IMG/VR virus record: IMGVR_UViG_3300042691_034899
Span: 1 to 64,000 of that record
Reading direction: 5' to 3' (one strand)
Source of the DNA: a virus
Length of the DNA stretch: 64,000 nt
The notes beneath the pieces were generated by a model. It was not told the DNA's origin. It was given only the letters and a program-made list of their open reading frames with translations, and ran no database searches. Position numbers and translations under genes: made by a program. Shown here piece by piece: positions 29,367 through 39,008 of the stretch; positions within the stretch are counted from its first letter, which is position 1; each line of letters begins with the position of its first letter.

Positions 29367-30400
29367 TAATTTGATAAAGGTGCTTTAATATGTGGATGTG
29401 ATTTATAATCTTCAATCAGAAAATCTTGTACCTCAATATATTCTATTTGTCCTAGTATGTCTGAATCGGGATTCCAGAATTCATCATTAATAGTTAATGA
29501 ACATAATGAATAAGGTTCCCTACTGATTTGTTCTTTAGCTTGATCTACGTGGTTTAAGTATAAATGTGTATCACCTAAATTACCAATTAATTCATCAGGA
29601 ACCATGTTAACTTCTTTTGCAATTATTTCAAGAAGCAGCCCATATGACGCTATATTAAATGGCAAACCAAGAAATGTATCTACCGAACGTTGATTCCACA
29701 TTAGAGAAATAGCTCTGTATTTTCCTGGATTAGTAATCTTTTCCTCTCTAGTTGTTGGTCTTGTATAAAATTGAAAATCAGTATGACATGGTGGAAGTGT
29801 CATTTGGCCCAATTCACCAACATTCCAAGCCGAAACTTTATTACGTCTAGAATCTGGATCTGTTTTAAGTAAGTGGATTGAGTTTGCGATTTGATCATAC
29901 TTTGGGACTTTTTTAAAATCGGTCTCCATTCCATGATTCCATCCAGTAGGTACTTTATGGAACCCTCCCCAACTTCTCCATTGAGCTCCATAAATAGGAC
30001 CTAATTCACCCCACTTCTTAGCAAACTCTTCATCAAGCTTTATCGCTTTTTCGAAGTCTTCTTTTGACAACTTTGGTATTGTACTAAATGGTGAAGTTTC
30101 ATTTGCTTTATCATTCCATTCACAATACTTCTTATATGCATCCCCCATCCAGATGTTACAATCATTCTCAATAAGGTACTTAATGTTTGTATCTCCACGT
30201 AAGAACCAAAGAAGCTCTGCTACTACACCTTTCCAATAAACTTTTTTTGTAGTTAAGATTGGGAACCCTTCTGACATCTTGTGTCTAATCTGTCTTCCAA
30301 ATACTGATAAGGTTCCAGTACCAGTTCGGTCTTCTTTCCTAATACCATTATCTAGGATATCCTGTAAAAGTTCTTGGTACTGTTTATCTAGATTGTTCAT
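29366..30400 (-). CDS. thyA: Thymidylate synthase
   Basis: DRTGTGT, ELLWF, LGPIYG.QWR, LPPCH, QRSVD.FLGLPFN and GDTHLY motifs. Confidence 0.97.
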   Translation of the reverse strand: MNNLDKQYQELLQDILDNGIRKEDRTGTGTLSVFGRQIRHKMSEGFPILTTKKVYWKGVVAELLWFLRGDTNIKYLIENDCNIWMGDAYKKYCEWNDKANETSPFSTIPKLSKEDFEKAIKLDEEFAKKWGELGPIYGAQWRSWGGFHKVPTGWNHGMETDFKKVPKYDQIANSIHLLKTDPDSRRNKVSAWNVGELGQMTLPPCHTDFQFYTRPTTREEKITNPGKYRAISLMWNQRSVDTFLGLPFNIASYGLLLEIIAKEVNMVPDELIGNLGDTHLYLNHVDQAKEQISREPYSLCSLTINDEFWNPDSDILGQIEYIEVQDFLIEDYKSHPHIKAPLSN

Positions 30401-30977
30401 TAAGCTCGCATATTATTTGGTCAGATGATTTATCTTTTCTGTGTGAAAAATGTATATGAGAATCAACAGTCATATTTGATCTGTTAGGATTCTTCTTCCA
30501 TTTCTCATGTCTTATAACTTGTATTATATCAAATGCAATTCTGCAGGAGTCATCAACAGATGGGTTATAGATCCCCCAAGATCCATGAAGTGGCATAGTA
30601 ATATCATTGATCAAAATGTTTCTTGGCCGCAATAAAGCTCTATCCGCATCATCTCTAATCTGATGATACCTTGAATAGTCAGTACTCAACTTAACATCTT
30701 TAAGTTTTATCCAAGCTTTCTCTTCCACCCAATGTCCATCTTTACCAACACTTCCATTAATCAATGCTTTACCATTTTTAATTTCAAGTATCTCACCTTG
30801 AGGAGTCCTATCACCCACCTCTGGTTTTTTAGTTGGCCTACATAAAGACTCAATAAAACTTTGAAATGTTGGATGATCTTTTATTCTTTCGAACTGACCA
30901 GCTCCAATCCTAGAATAGAAATCAAGAGCATCCTGTACAATCCAGAGCTGCTCATCTGTTAGTTTTAAAGTATTCAT
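30384..30977 (-). CDS. Hypothetical protein
   Basis: 197 aa coupled ORF. Confidence 0.6.
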   Translation of the reverse strand: MNTLKLTDEQLWIVQDALDFYSRIGAGQFERIKDHPTFQSFIESLCRPTKKPEVGDRTPQGEILEIKNGKALINGSVGKDGHWVEEKAWIKLKDVKLSTDYSRYHQIRDDADRALLRPRNILINDITMPLHGSWGIYNPSVDDSCRIAFDIIQVIRHEKWKKNPNRSNMTVDSHIHFSHRKDKSSDQIICELNEQSR

Positions 30978-31192
30978 CAGTTTATTTTTCTAAATCTTGG
31001 TACAGGAAATTCCTCACTCACTACCTCATTCCAATGACTGTAAGGTCTTGCAAATACTTGTTCTGATTTATCCGATGTATAGATTACAAGCTCTTCGTTT
31101 GTTTCTGTATGCTTACTCATACAAATAATTTGGTATACACCACCTTTATAGTGTAACCATTTCTCTAAGGGTTGTGGAATACTACCTTCCAT
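30977..31192 (-). CDS. DUF1653-like protein
   Basis: HYKGGVY...HTET.E.LVIY...FARP...RF motif. Confidence 0.8.
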   Translation of the reverse strand: MEGSIPQPLEKWLHYKGGVYQIICMSKHTETNEELVIYTSDKSEQVFARPYSHWNEVVSEEFPVPRFRKIN

Positions 31193-31289
31193 ACTTTTTT
31201 CTTAAGTATGCTGCATATCTAGATTGCTTTCTTCCGTTAATAAAAAACCAACCCCAGTTCATTTCAAACCATTTAATAAGTGCTTTCAT
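31182..31289 (-). CDS. Small hypothetical protein (35 aa)
   Basis: Hand-translated MKALIKWFEMNWGWFFINGRKQ...; fills the gap, overlapping both neighbours. Confidence 0.45.
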   Translation of the reverse strand: MKALIKWFEMNWGWFFINGRKQSRYAAYLRKKYGR

Positions 31290-31507
31290 AATATTACTCC
31301 TTTAACTTTTTTATACTTGGCCACATCATCAATCATATATAGTTTTGATTCATGAGTTCCATACCATGACTCTTGATGAACATTTAAATACACATCTCTT
31401 TCTTCAGATATAACTGGATAGCTATGCCCTCCTTCATATCCGTCTACAAATACATGTAGATCTGGATCTAATCTATTTAATTCTTCGATAAGTTCTCTTA
31501 CAGTCAT
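31286..31507 (-). CDS. Hypothetical phage protein
   Basis: MTVRELIEELNRLDPDL-type N-terminus common in phages. Confidence 0.6.
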   Translation of the reverse strand: MTVRELIEELNRLDPDLHVFVDGYEGGHSYPVISEERDVYLNVHQESWYGTHESKLYMIDDVAKYKKVKGVIL

Positions 31508-31651
31508 CAGTCACCTTCTTCATTGTTAATACCTCGTACTTTCGAAAGCTGAAATTTTATACTTTCTCGCATAGAAAATTCTTTAATGAACCTTAGAAAT
31601 CTATGTTTACTTCCGCATCCAAATGTAGTCCTTTTCATCTTTATTTCAAAA

Positions 31652-32719
31652 TTATTTTCTAAATTTTTTCATTGTGCCATCTTCAAAGATCTTAATGTAC
31701 ACACCTTCTCCAAGTTCACCATGCACTTCTCTTCCAAGCATGTCTACAATCTTTATAACTTTTTTAACTTCAATTCTTGTATTATTTATAACAACAACTC
31801 CTATGATATCCATCGCTCCATCAAAGTCCCACTGTTTCAATCTGTAGTAATTAAGTTTCCCCTGTTCGAAATTGTGATCATTAAACAAGTACTCAGAAAC
31901 TTCATTAGAGAACCCAACACTTTTCACATCTCCAATATATCTCCACTGATCTCCATCAGTACTAGTCTCAATACTAAAGTAATCACTGTTATGTTCAGTA
32001 GCAGTACTCCACAAAAGTACATTTACTCCATCCTTGTTAAGTCCGCTATACTCCATCATCTCTACTGGAAGCGAAGGATCAGCAGTCTCAATAAGTTCGA
32101 TGTTATCAATCCACCACTCTTCACCAGTTGAATTGGCCCTTACAAATATTCTACCTGCAAGCTGAGTTATTCCAGGAGTGAATACAAGAGTGATTGTAGA
32201 ATACCCATCACCAGTAGTTGTTCTGTTACCACCACCAGCTGGGGTATAAGTATTAAGCGAACTATTTCGAACCTTGATTACTGATCCAGCAGGGTTGTAA
32301 TTCCAATATGCATTACTAAAACCTGTCACTCTGATTTCATTTGTATAACTAGTTCCTCCATTTGTACTAACTGATAGCTCCATGTAATCAGTACCATCAA
32401 CTCCAGCAGTAGCAACAGTCGGCCCAGAGAACCTATAAGATCCTAACCTAAATCTAAGTGCATACTCAGATGAAGCAGTAAGCCCAGTCACATTTGGTAA
32501 AACATAAATATTAGATTCCACACTAGAGGATCCATTACCAGCTCCATAAATAGCAGCACTTAAATCTGGAGATACAGATACATTCATAAAGTACCCAGTA
32601 GTAGGAGAGTTCATAGCCCAATAACATGGCCAACTAAATGTTTCTATGTTATCAAATAACACAGTAGTCTGCCCCATAACAGAGAGGGGCATAAGTAGAG
32701 TTAGTAATAATTTTTTCAT
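31652..32719 (-). CDS. Secreted protein with T9SS C-terminal sorting-like domain
   Basis: Signal peptide ending in Q; LPVE...L.W.TATE.N..YF.IE.S.DG..W...YYRLKQ.DFDG Ig-like module; DMLGREV...GVYI...KKF C-terminus. Confidence 0.7.
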   Translation of the reverse strand: MKKLLLTLLMPLSVMGQTTVLFDNIETFSWPCYWAMNSPTTGYFMNVSVSPDLSAAIYGAGNGSSSVESNIYVLPNVTGLTASSEYALRFRLGSYRFSGPTVATAGVDGTDYMELSVSTNGGTSYTNEIRVTGFSNAYWNYNPAGSVIKVRNSSLNTYTPAGGGNRTTTGDGYSTITLVFTPGITQLAGRIFVRANSTGEEWWIDNIELIETADPSLPVEMMEYSGLNKDGVNVLLWSTATEHNSDYFSIETSTDGDQWRYIGDVKSVGFSNEVSEYLFNDHNFEQGKLNYYRLKQWDFDGAMDIIGVVVINNTRIEVKKVIKIVDMLGREVHGELGEGVYIKIFEDGTMKKFRK

Positions 32720-33090
32720 TCTTCAATTAGTGTTAATTCAACCCCAGATGCGAGGTAATAATAAAATAAATTTTGCAACTGATCAACAGTGCTTACAACT
32801 TTCCTATTTGGACCAACAAAGGTTCTTCTACCATCAGCCAGTAGAAGCTCAAAATCATGATCACCAAATCTGACAAACTCACTTTGATTACATCCATTAT
32901 AAATAGACCCACCAAACTCTTCTATCCATTCCCAATCAAGAGGCATCTTAGAAAACTCCTCACACACTCCCTCAACATAATCTCCATCTAAAGTATACCC
33001 ACATACAATAGACTCACTTACACTGAAGACCTCAACAACAACTCCTTTAAAAACAATAAGGTTACCAACCCTAAGATCCATACATAACAT
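32716..33090 (-). CDS. Hypothetical phage protein
   Basis: DLRVGNL...PL..EW...FG...VDQLQNLFY family pattern. Confidence 0.6.
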   Translation of the reverse strand: MLCMDLRVGNLIVFKGVVVEVFSVSESIVCGYTLDGDYVEGVCEEFSKMPLDWEWIEEFGGSIYNGCNQSEFVRFGDHDFELLLADGRRTFVGPNRKVVSTVDQLQNLFYYYLASGVELTLIEE

Positions 33091-33247
33091 CCCTAAGTAG
33101 TTTTATCTTAATATCCAATACATCAATACAACCCTTATGATAATCCATAGACTCTCTACATAGGGTAGTCCTAAACCTATCTACATGGTATTCCCTTGTC
33201 TGTATATAACCATCAAGTAGTTCTTTCAAATCCTCCAAACTTTTCAT
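33071..33247 (-). CDS. Hypothetical protein
   Basis: Start moved to ATG 33247, 5 nt after TAGATTTG (33260-33253). Confidence 0.5.
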   Translation of the reverse strand: MKSLEDLKELLDGYIQTREYHVDRFRTTLCRESMDYHKGCIDVLDIKIKLLRDVMYGS

Positions 33248-33295
33248 AGCCACAAATCTAACAAAAAGAATCAATACAAACAAATAAATTAACAC

Positions 33296-33760
33296 CTATC
33301 TAATTTAATCCCCCCTCCCCAACCATAAGTATAAACACCTACCCCCCATTACACAATTTGCGTTACACAAAATGTAGAATAATATCCTATAGGGAATAAA
33401 CTATTTCCAGATGATGACCCCAGATGTTGCTTAGACTTTTTTTGGGAGGGGTTAAAAATCAAAATACAAAATCGACCATACCTGCGTAACCACTATACCC
33501 CCCCATGCCCCGTAGCTTGGGAGTTTTTGGGGCGCACCCCTATACAAAAAATAAAGAACATACGCAAGTTTTGAGCCCAAAAGTTTTGAAAAAGTTTTGT
33601 TCAAAAGTTTTAGCCCATTTTCTTGGATCTTACGTATATTTTTACTAAAGAGTATACCTAGCAGTATACTAGTAGTGTATACAAAAAACTTTCCTAACTT
33701 GCAAGTTTTTGGGGCTTAACTTACTAACACACAATTGTTAATAACTACATGTAATTATTT
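33296..33760. other. Non-coding divergence region (candidate origin or genome terminus)
   Basis: No ORFs; C/G homopolymer runs; AAGTTTT x4 at ~33565-33610; GTATAC x3 at ~33650-33682; strand switch. Confidence 0.4.
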
Positions 33761-33770
33761 TTACAAATTA

Positions 33771-33979
33771 CTTGCTATATTAATTATAATAACTATATTT
33801 GTATGTGGTCAAAGGACAACGAAACGAATTGAAATAATTGAAAAAAAAGTTTACAAAAAACTTGCACAATTGAAATTGTTTACTTATCTTTACAATATGA
33901 AACAAAGATAAAGGGACAAAAAAAGATTGAAAAAAGTTTACAAAAAACTTGCACAATTAAAAAAAGTTTTGTATCTTTG
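33771..33979 (+). promoter_or_regulatory. Three tandem Bacteroidota-type early promoters
   Basis: CTTGC at 33771/33861/33948, each followed 23-24 nt later by TATATTTG/TATCTTTA/TATCTTTG. Confidence 0.7.
33838..33958 (+). repeat. Direct repeat TTGAAAAAA(AA)GTTTACAAAAAACTTGCACAATT x2
   Basis: Copies at ~33838-33871 and ~33927-33958. Confidence 0.85.
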
Positions 33980-34005
33980 ATAAGTAGAAAATAAAACAAG
34001 TAGTA

Positions 34006-34227
34006 ATGGAAAATTCAACAACGATTTTCCTCCCTAATAAGGAATGCCTAATCGGGAGGGCTAAGGTTACCAAAGTTGGTAAACTTCACAAAGGTAAACG
34101 AACGGTAAAAATTCAGACTGTTCGTGAGAATTTAGAGGGGCAGTTTTTGTACCTAGCTAACAAAGATCGTAGGCGAATTGATCAACAGAATTCTAGGGCT
34201 GAAAAAAGAGCTATGAGAATTAAGTAA
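34006..34227 (+). CDS. Basic hypothetical protein, first early gene
   Basis: 73 aa, K/R-rich, after the triple promoter. Confidence 0.55.
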   Translation: MENSTTIFLPNKECLIGRAKVTKVGKLHKGKRTVKIQTVRENLEGQFLYLANKDRRRIDQQNSRAEKRAMRIK

Positions 34228-34432
34228 TGTTGCAAACATATTGCAAAGTATATGCTACCCTAGTTAGGTAATTGGGAGGGGTACGTTAGAGCCTGAACGT
34301 TAAAAAAGGATTGTAGACAAATGTTAATGTGCATACTGTGTCTTGTTGTGAACAGATATAGTAGGTCTATTCGAGTCGAATAGGTTTAGGTACATGATAC
34401 GCTCAAACATTAACACACAAAAACTCTTTATT

Positions 34433-34834
34433 ATGAAAAATGTAGGAATTACTTTAGTGCAAGGTGAAGCTAAGTTACACTTCAACACGGAATTATCAAG
34501 CAGAAATTTCACTGAAATTTCAGGTACACTAAGCGGACGTATACTCGCTTTAATGTATCGCAAGAAAAAGTACAATATCAATCTAGGTGGATTTTCTTTC
34601 GCCCGTAAATTCGATGTTCGTATTGAAATTGATGGCATGGCTTCCGATGGTACGAACACAATTGCCAATGGTTTAGTGCAGTTTGGGATCACCATTCAGA
34701 ACAATGAGAAATCGTTCGAGAAATTCCATGGCTTTATTGGTGAATTGGTTGAGGATATCTTGACAGGACGTAACGTTTTGGAGGGTACATTGGACGAAAT
34801 ATTGGACGCATACGGAATCCAATTGATCAAGTAA
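34433..34834 (+). CDS. Hypothetical early protein
   Basis: Start moved to ATG 34433; followed by a hairpin. Confidence 0.6.
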   Translation: MKNVGITLVQGEAKLHFNTELSSRNFTEISGTLSGRILALMYRKKKYNINLGGFSFARKFDVRIEIDGMASDGTNTIANGLVQFGITIQNNEKSFEKFHGFIGELVEDILTGRNVLEGTLDEILDAYGIQLIK

Positions 34835-34847
34835 TCACAGACAAAAT

Positions 34848-34871
34848 CCCCCTCTATTAATCGGAGGGGGT
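34848..34871 (+). terminator. Hairpin/terminator
   Basis: CCCCCTC...GAGGGGG. Confidence 0.45.
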
Positions 34872-35044
34872 AAACTCTAGTCACATGAAAACGTACACAA
34901 ACATATTACAGACTTTTATTATTCTATGTATATGCTCACACGTATACCTAGTACATGAGGGGGCAGACAAGTATTTATATACACTAATTACGTTTCTGTT
35001 AATGCTATGTATTGTTTTATTACCAATCTTAAACAAAAAAGATC

Positions 35045-35383
35045 ATGCAAGTAATTGAAAAATTGGAAAAGGCTGTATTCAATACGGCAATAGACAGCAA
35101 TACCATTTCAGGTACATTGTTGGGCAAAGATGTAGAGGTAGATTTACGCACAAAGTTTACCCAACATACAGACTATGTTAAAAAATTCGATCTATTCGTT
35201 CAGGTTATTTTAACCGTGAAGATCGATGGAGAGGTAGTTGTTGTTTGGGGTAGTGAATCAATTGATGATATCAATACTATTGTCAAATGGTTTCTGAAAA
35301 AACATTCAGATGCGGTTAAAAATGAGTATAGTATTAAAGATTGGAAACGATATGAGGGGCAAAGATTCTTTGATTCAATTTAA
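35045..35383 (+). CDS. Hypothetical protein
   Basis: 112 aa with A-rich initiation context. Confidence 0.6.
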   Translation: MQVIEKLEKAVFNTAIDSNTISGTLLGKDVEVDLRTKFTQHTDYVKKFDLFVQVILTVKIDGEVVVVWGSESIDDINTIVKWFLKKHSDAVKNEYSIKDWKRYEGQRFFDSI

Positions 35384-35504
35384 TTACATATGGACAAGAT
35401 AAGAAACCAAAGAGAAAGTGTATATTGGATAATACTTTCTATACTAATGGGTGGACTGTTAGGAATATTAATCTTTAATGGTTTAATCAATCTAAAATAG
35501 GATC

Positions 35505-35729
35505 ATGTTAGAAGCTATATACATAGAACAAGCTTATCAAGAATTGAAGGAGCTTCTGTTCGATGCAAGAAAAGAATTGATCGAGGGTATAGACCATTAC
35601 TGCTCAATGAATCAGGATCAAGACTCAGAGCAAATAGCTATTGCCCTAGCAGAACTAAGTGATCGTATTGAATTAAGCGAGAAAAGGTTTAATCAATTAA
35701 AACAAAAGAGGGCAATTGCCTTTAGTTAG
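35505..35729 (+). CDS. Hypothetical coiled-coil protein
   Basis: 74 aa ORF. Confidence 0.55.
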   Translation: MLEAIYIEQAYQELKELLFDARKELIEGIDHYCSMNQDQDSEQIAIALAELSDRIELSEKRFNQLKQKRAIAFS

Positions 35730-35999
35730 GAATCCAATAATACAAACATACTGTAATTGTCTCCCATGGCAAGGGCATTTTATGCTGAAATGGGGTACAA
35801 AATTGCATGTTAGGATTCCAATAATAGAACATTTTGTGTAAAACTTTTGTGTTGGTTGTGTTTTTGTGTGAAGGTGGGAGGGGGTGGTAATGCTCTGATT
35901 ATCAGTCAATTATCCCCCCTCAATGGGCTAAAAATAAAAAACACTTGTAAATAACAAATTTTTACTATACTGTTATAAGTAGCTTTTAAATTAAAAATT

Positions 36000-36164
36000 A
36001 TGAATTATTGGTTAAAAACAAAAATAGTTTCTAATTGGAGTTTTTTTGGGAAATCAAAAACATTTGTATATCGTAACTTTAAAAATAAAACAGTTACAAT
36101 AGATTTTGGAAATGGTGGAAGATGTACTACTTATGATTATAATGGGAAATGGATAGTAGGATAA
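36000..36164 (+). CDS. Small hypothetical protein (54 aa)
   Basis: Hand-translated MNYWLKTKIV...WIVG. Confidence 0.4.
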   Translation: MNYWLKTKIVSNWSFFGKSKTFVYRNFKNKTVTIDFGNGGRCTTYDYNGKWIVG

Positions 36165-36189
36165 ATAAAAATGATGCTACATTTATACT

Positions 36190-36342
36190 ATGAAACTAAT
36201 TACATTCAATACTAACGATCCCCTACAAATTAAAAGGGCTGAACGTTTAAAGACTAAGTACGAAAACCTAGGTTATTCCCTTGTGAATACCTCTGTTAAT
36301 TCTGTTACTGGTATATGTGTTATTACTTATAAATACATTTAG
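36190..36342 (+). CDS. Small hypothetical protein (50 aa)
   Basis: Hand-translated MKLITFNTND...YKYI. Confidence 0.45.
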   Translation: MKLITFNTNDPLQIKRAERLKTKYENLGYSLVNTSVNSVTGICVITYKYI

Positions 36343-36344
36343 AT

Positions 36345-36542
36345 ATGAAATACTTTCTTATTGTTATTAGCCTATTGGTTGGTTGGTTATTTAGTTGGTG
36401 GTACTATTCCCCTAGCTATGCATATACAGACTATTTCCTAGAGGTACATGAAGACTATGTTATACTAGAATCTGTACATGGTAGAGTCTATTCAGGTAGC
36501 TATTCAGATATAGATAGTTTAGTACTAGTAGATAACTTATAG
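36345..36542 (+). CDS. Membrane-anchored hypothetical protein
   Basis: N-terminal TM segment. Confidence 0.5.
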   Translation: MKYFLIVISLLVGWLFSWWYYSPSYAYTDYFLEVHEDYVILESVHGRVYSGSYSDIDSLVLVDNL

Positions 36543-36576
36543 TTGCACAGGTTTAATTTTTAAAATCAAAGATCCC

Positions 36577-37020
36577 ATGCCGAATATTTCAGAGGTAGAA
36601 ATTACCTACAAGACAAAAGTAAAAGCTTCCGAAAGAGAGAAGGTAGCTACATCGCAAAGGGCATTCGATGTTCTTCGCCCATTCTTTGAAGACGTAATAG
36701 AGTATAGGGAAAAGTTTTGTGTACTATTACTTAACCGTCAGAATCAAGTACTAGGTGTACACACAATTTCCGTTGGTGGTACGTCTTCAACTGTTGCAGA
36801 TTCAAAGATCATCTTTCAGGGTATATTGTTGGCTAATGCTTCTGCTATTATTCTTGCTCACAATCATCCATCGGGATGCCTTAGACCTTCTGACAATGAT
36901 AAGTCACTGACTAAAAAAATTGTTGATGGTTGCAAGTTATTTGACATTAGTTGTTTGGATCATTTAATCATTACGGATGAAAGTTTTTATTCTTTTGCCG
37001 ATCAAGGTTTAATGCAATGA
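36577..37020 (+). CDS. RadC-like JAB domain protein
   Basis: E.F..LLLN and HNHPSG...PS..D...LDHLII motifs. Confidence 0.92.
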   Translation: MPNISEVEITYKTKVKASEREKVATSQRAFDVLRPFFEDVIEYREKFCVLLLNRQNQVLGVHTISVGGTSSTVADSKIIFQGILLANASAIILAHNHPSGCLRPSDNDKSLTKKIVDGCKLFDISCLDHLIITDESFYSFADQGLMQ

Positions 37021-37183
37021 GTAATCGAGAATCATTTGAGAAGTGGATCGCTGATGGTAATGTTGTCAGATTAAATGGCTTCTTTGCCACTCAGGATGCT
37101 CTCTACTGCAATAAAATTGAATCCATGAGGGATTTATACAAATACTTTTTAAAAGAGTTTATATACGTTTAAAATTAAAAGTT

Positions 37184-37468
37184 ATGAATGGGATAACTAA
37201 TGTTGATGTAATCAATGTTGCTAATGATATAGGTATAGATGTTACAGATGATCATATCAGTGAGGTATTAAGAAGGTTTGATTCCGAAGCTAACAATGAT
37301 CCAACCGCAACATGGGATTTGATTGTTGAAAATATACTGTATAGTATTATTGCAAACTGTTTGAATTGTGGACACTCACAAACTTTATCGGAAGAGAATG
37401 TCAAGATTGATAATCTGGGTAGGCATTTGATCTGTGAACAATGTGAAAGTTCATTTGATGTTGATTAA
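37184..37468 (+). CDS. Hypothetical protein with Zn ribbon
   Basis: CLNC...CEQC. Confidence 0.55.
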   Translation: MNGITNVDVINVANDIGIDVTDDHISEVLRRFDSEANNDPTATWDLIVENILYSIIANCLNCGHSQTLSEENVKIDNLGRHLICEQCESSFDVD

Positions 37469-37479
37469 AAAATAATTCT

Positions 37480-37487
37480 TATCTTTG
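37480..37487 (+). promoter_or_regulatory. -7 promoter element
   Basis: Intergenic TATCTTTG. Confidence 0.5.
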
Positions 37488-37512
37488 TATTGTCTAATTA
37501 AAAACATAACAC

Positions 37513-37737
37513 ATGAAAAAAGATTTTAAAATTCAGGCTTATATCATCGGATATGGTATAGCTATTTTGTTTGCTCTCTTGCCAGTTATTTGTAGTGCTA
37601 GTCCTCAAATTGATGGGGGTAAGAACAAGAAGTCAGGCTATAACTACAAGAAACATTACAAGAAATCTGCAAAGAATCGTAGGAAGAGTCTACGTAATAT
37701 GCATTGGACTGGTGAAGGTTGTGGAATTAATAAGTAA
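37513..37737 (+). CDS. Basic membrane/secreted protein
   Basis: TM segment followed by a K/R-rich tail. Confidence 0.5.
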   Translation: MKKDFKIQAYIIGYGIAILFALLPVICSASPQIDGGKNKKSGYNYKKHYKKSAKNRRKSLRNMHWTGEGCGINK

Positions 37738-37744
37738 TAAGATC

Positions 37745-38050
37745 ATGAGACAAATTACTAAAGAATCGGTTAATGCTTTCTTAGAGGTTAAGCCGTTCAA
37801 TAAACAAAACATGAAGGTTGAAGTACTACCAAACGTCACTATACTAAAGTTATTCGGTAATGCTATTGCCTATCGTTACAATGATCCTGAACGTACATTG
37901 TCAATAACTAATTGTGGGTGGCAGACTAACACTACTAAGGAACGTTTGAATGCTTTACTTTCAGCATTAAACATGGGTGGTATCAGTCAACGCAATTGGA
38001 ATTGGTATCTAAACGGTAAGGAATGGGATGGAAGTCTAATTGATTTATAA
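37745..38050 (+). CDS. Hypothetical phage protein
   Basis: LFGNAIA...GWQTNTTKERLNALL family pattern; start moved to 37745. Confidence 0.65.
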   Translation: MRQITKESVNAFLEVKPFNKQNMKVEVLPNVTILKLFGNAIAYRYNDPERTLSITNCGWQTNTTKERLNALLSALNMGGISQRNWNWYLNGKEWDGSLIDL

Positions 38051-38063
38051 AGTAGTAATTGTT

Positions 38064-38633
38064 ATGAGACGTTTTGAATTATCAGATGGTAGGATCATTA
38101 AGATTTTTAATGATGTTAACCCCGATAACCCTAGGCATTGGGATAACCTTACACAAATGGTTTGCTTTCATGGGAGATATAACGTAGGAGATAAGACCTC
38201 TTACAGATCATCTGACTATAACGGTTGGGATGAATTGGAAAAAGATCTTATCAAGAATGAAGATCCAGCGATCATTGAACCTTTGTATATGTACGATCAT
38301 TCAGGTGCATCTATTAGTACAACACCCTTTAATTGTTCATGGGATAGCGGTCAGATTGGTTTTGTTTTTATCAAGAAAGATTCTGTTAGGAAACAACTTG
38401 GTGTGAATAGGGTAACAAAAAAGATAGTAGATAGATTGTCTAAATGTTTACTAGGTGAAGTTGAAACGTACAATCAGTATATTAGCGGTGAAGTTTTTGA
38501 GTATACTATCTTTGATAAGAACGGAGATATTGAGGATCATTGCGGCGGATTCTTTGGGTACGATATTCAAAGTAACGGAATACTTGACAACCTTTCGAGG
38601 GAAGATAGCGATCTACTAATTAAGCAATTATAA
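38064..38633 (+). CDS. Hypothetical phage protein
   Basis: NPR.WDNL...YDHSG...WDSGQIG...CGGFFG pattern seen in phage/plasmid early genes. Confidence 0.65.
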   Translation: MRRFELSDGRIIKIFNDVNPDNPRHWDNLTQMVCFHGRYNVGDKTSYRSSDYNGWDELEKDLIKNEDPAIIEPLYMYDHSGASISTTPFNCSWDSGQIGFVFIKKDSVRKQLGVNRVTKKIVDRLSKCLLGEVETYNQYISGEVFEYTIFDKNGDIEDHCGGFFGYDIQSNGILDNLSREDSDLLIKQL

Positions 38634-38641
38634 TATAAACG

Positions 38642-38830
38642 GTGATAGTGATGGGCTTGGAGAAGGTACTATGCGAAGGTTGTGATGGTGAAGGTGTAAT
38701 TAGCATCGGGCCAAAATGTAGTTATCCTGCTTCTATGTGTTGTGGTGGATGTTATGAAGATGTTGATTGTGAAGACTGCAACGGATCAGGATACATTTAT
38801 GTTGAATCTTATGATGAAGATTATGAATAA
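38642..38830 (+). CDS. DnaJ-type Zn-finger-like small protein
   Basis: CEGCDGEG...CEDCNGSG. Confidence 0.55.
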   Translation: MIVMGLEKVLCEGCDGEGVISIGPKCSYPASMCCGGCYEDVDCEDCNGSGYIYVESYDEDYE

Positions 38831-39008
38831 AGAACTTTTAAATCGTATTCAGCACGATATAAAACAAGCTGAAGCAAGAAGAGACGCATTCGAGAAAGGT
38901 ACAAGAGAGTATGGTTTCAATCAAGGTATTGTTGCCGCTTTGAAGACTGTCCTCTTTGATATGCGAGAACTAGGTTTAATAGAAACAAAAGATTTAAATT
39001 TAAAGTAA
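38823..39008 (+). CDS. Hypothetical protein
   Basis: Start moved to ATG 38823. Confidence 0.5.
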   Translation: MNKELLNRIQHDIKQAEARRDAFEKGTREYGFNQGIVAALKTVLFDMRELGLIETKDLNLK

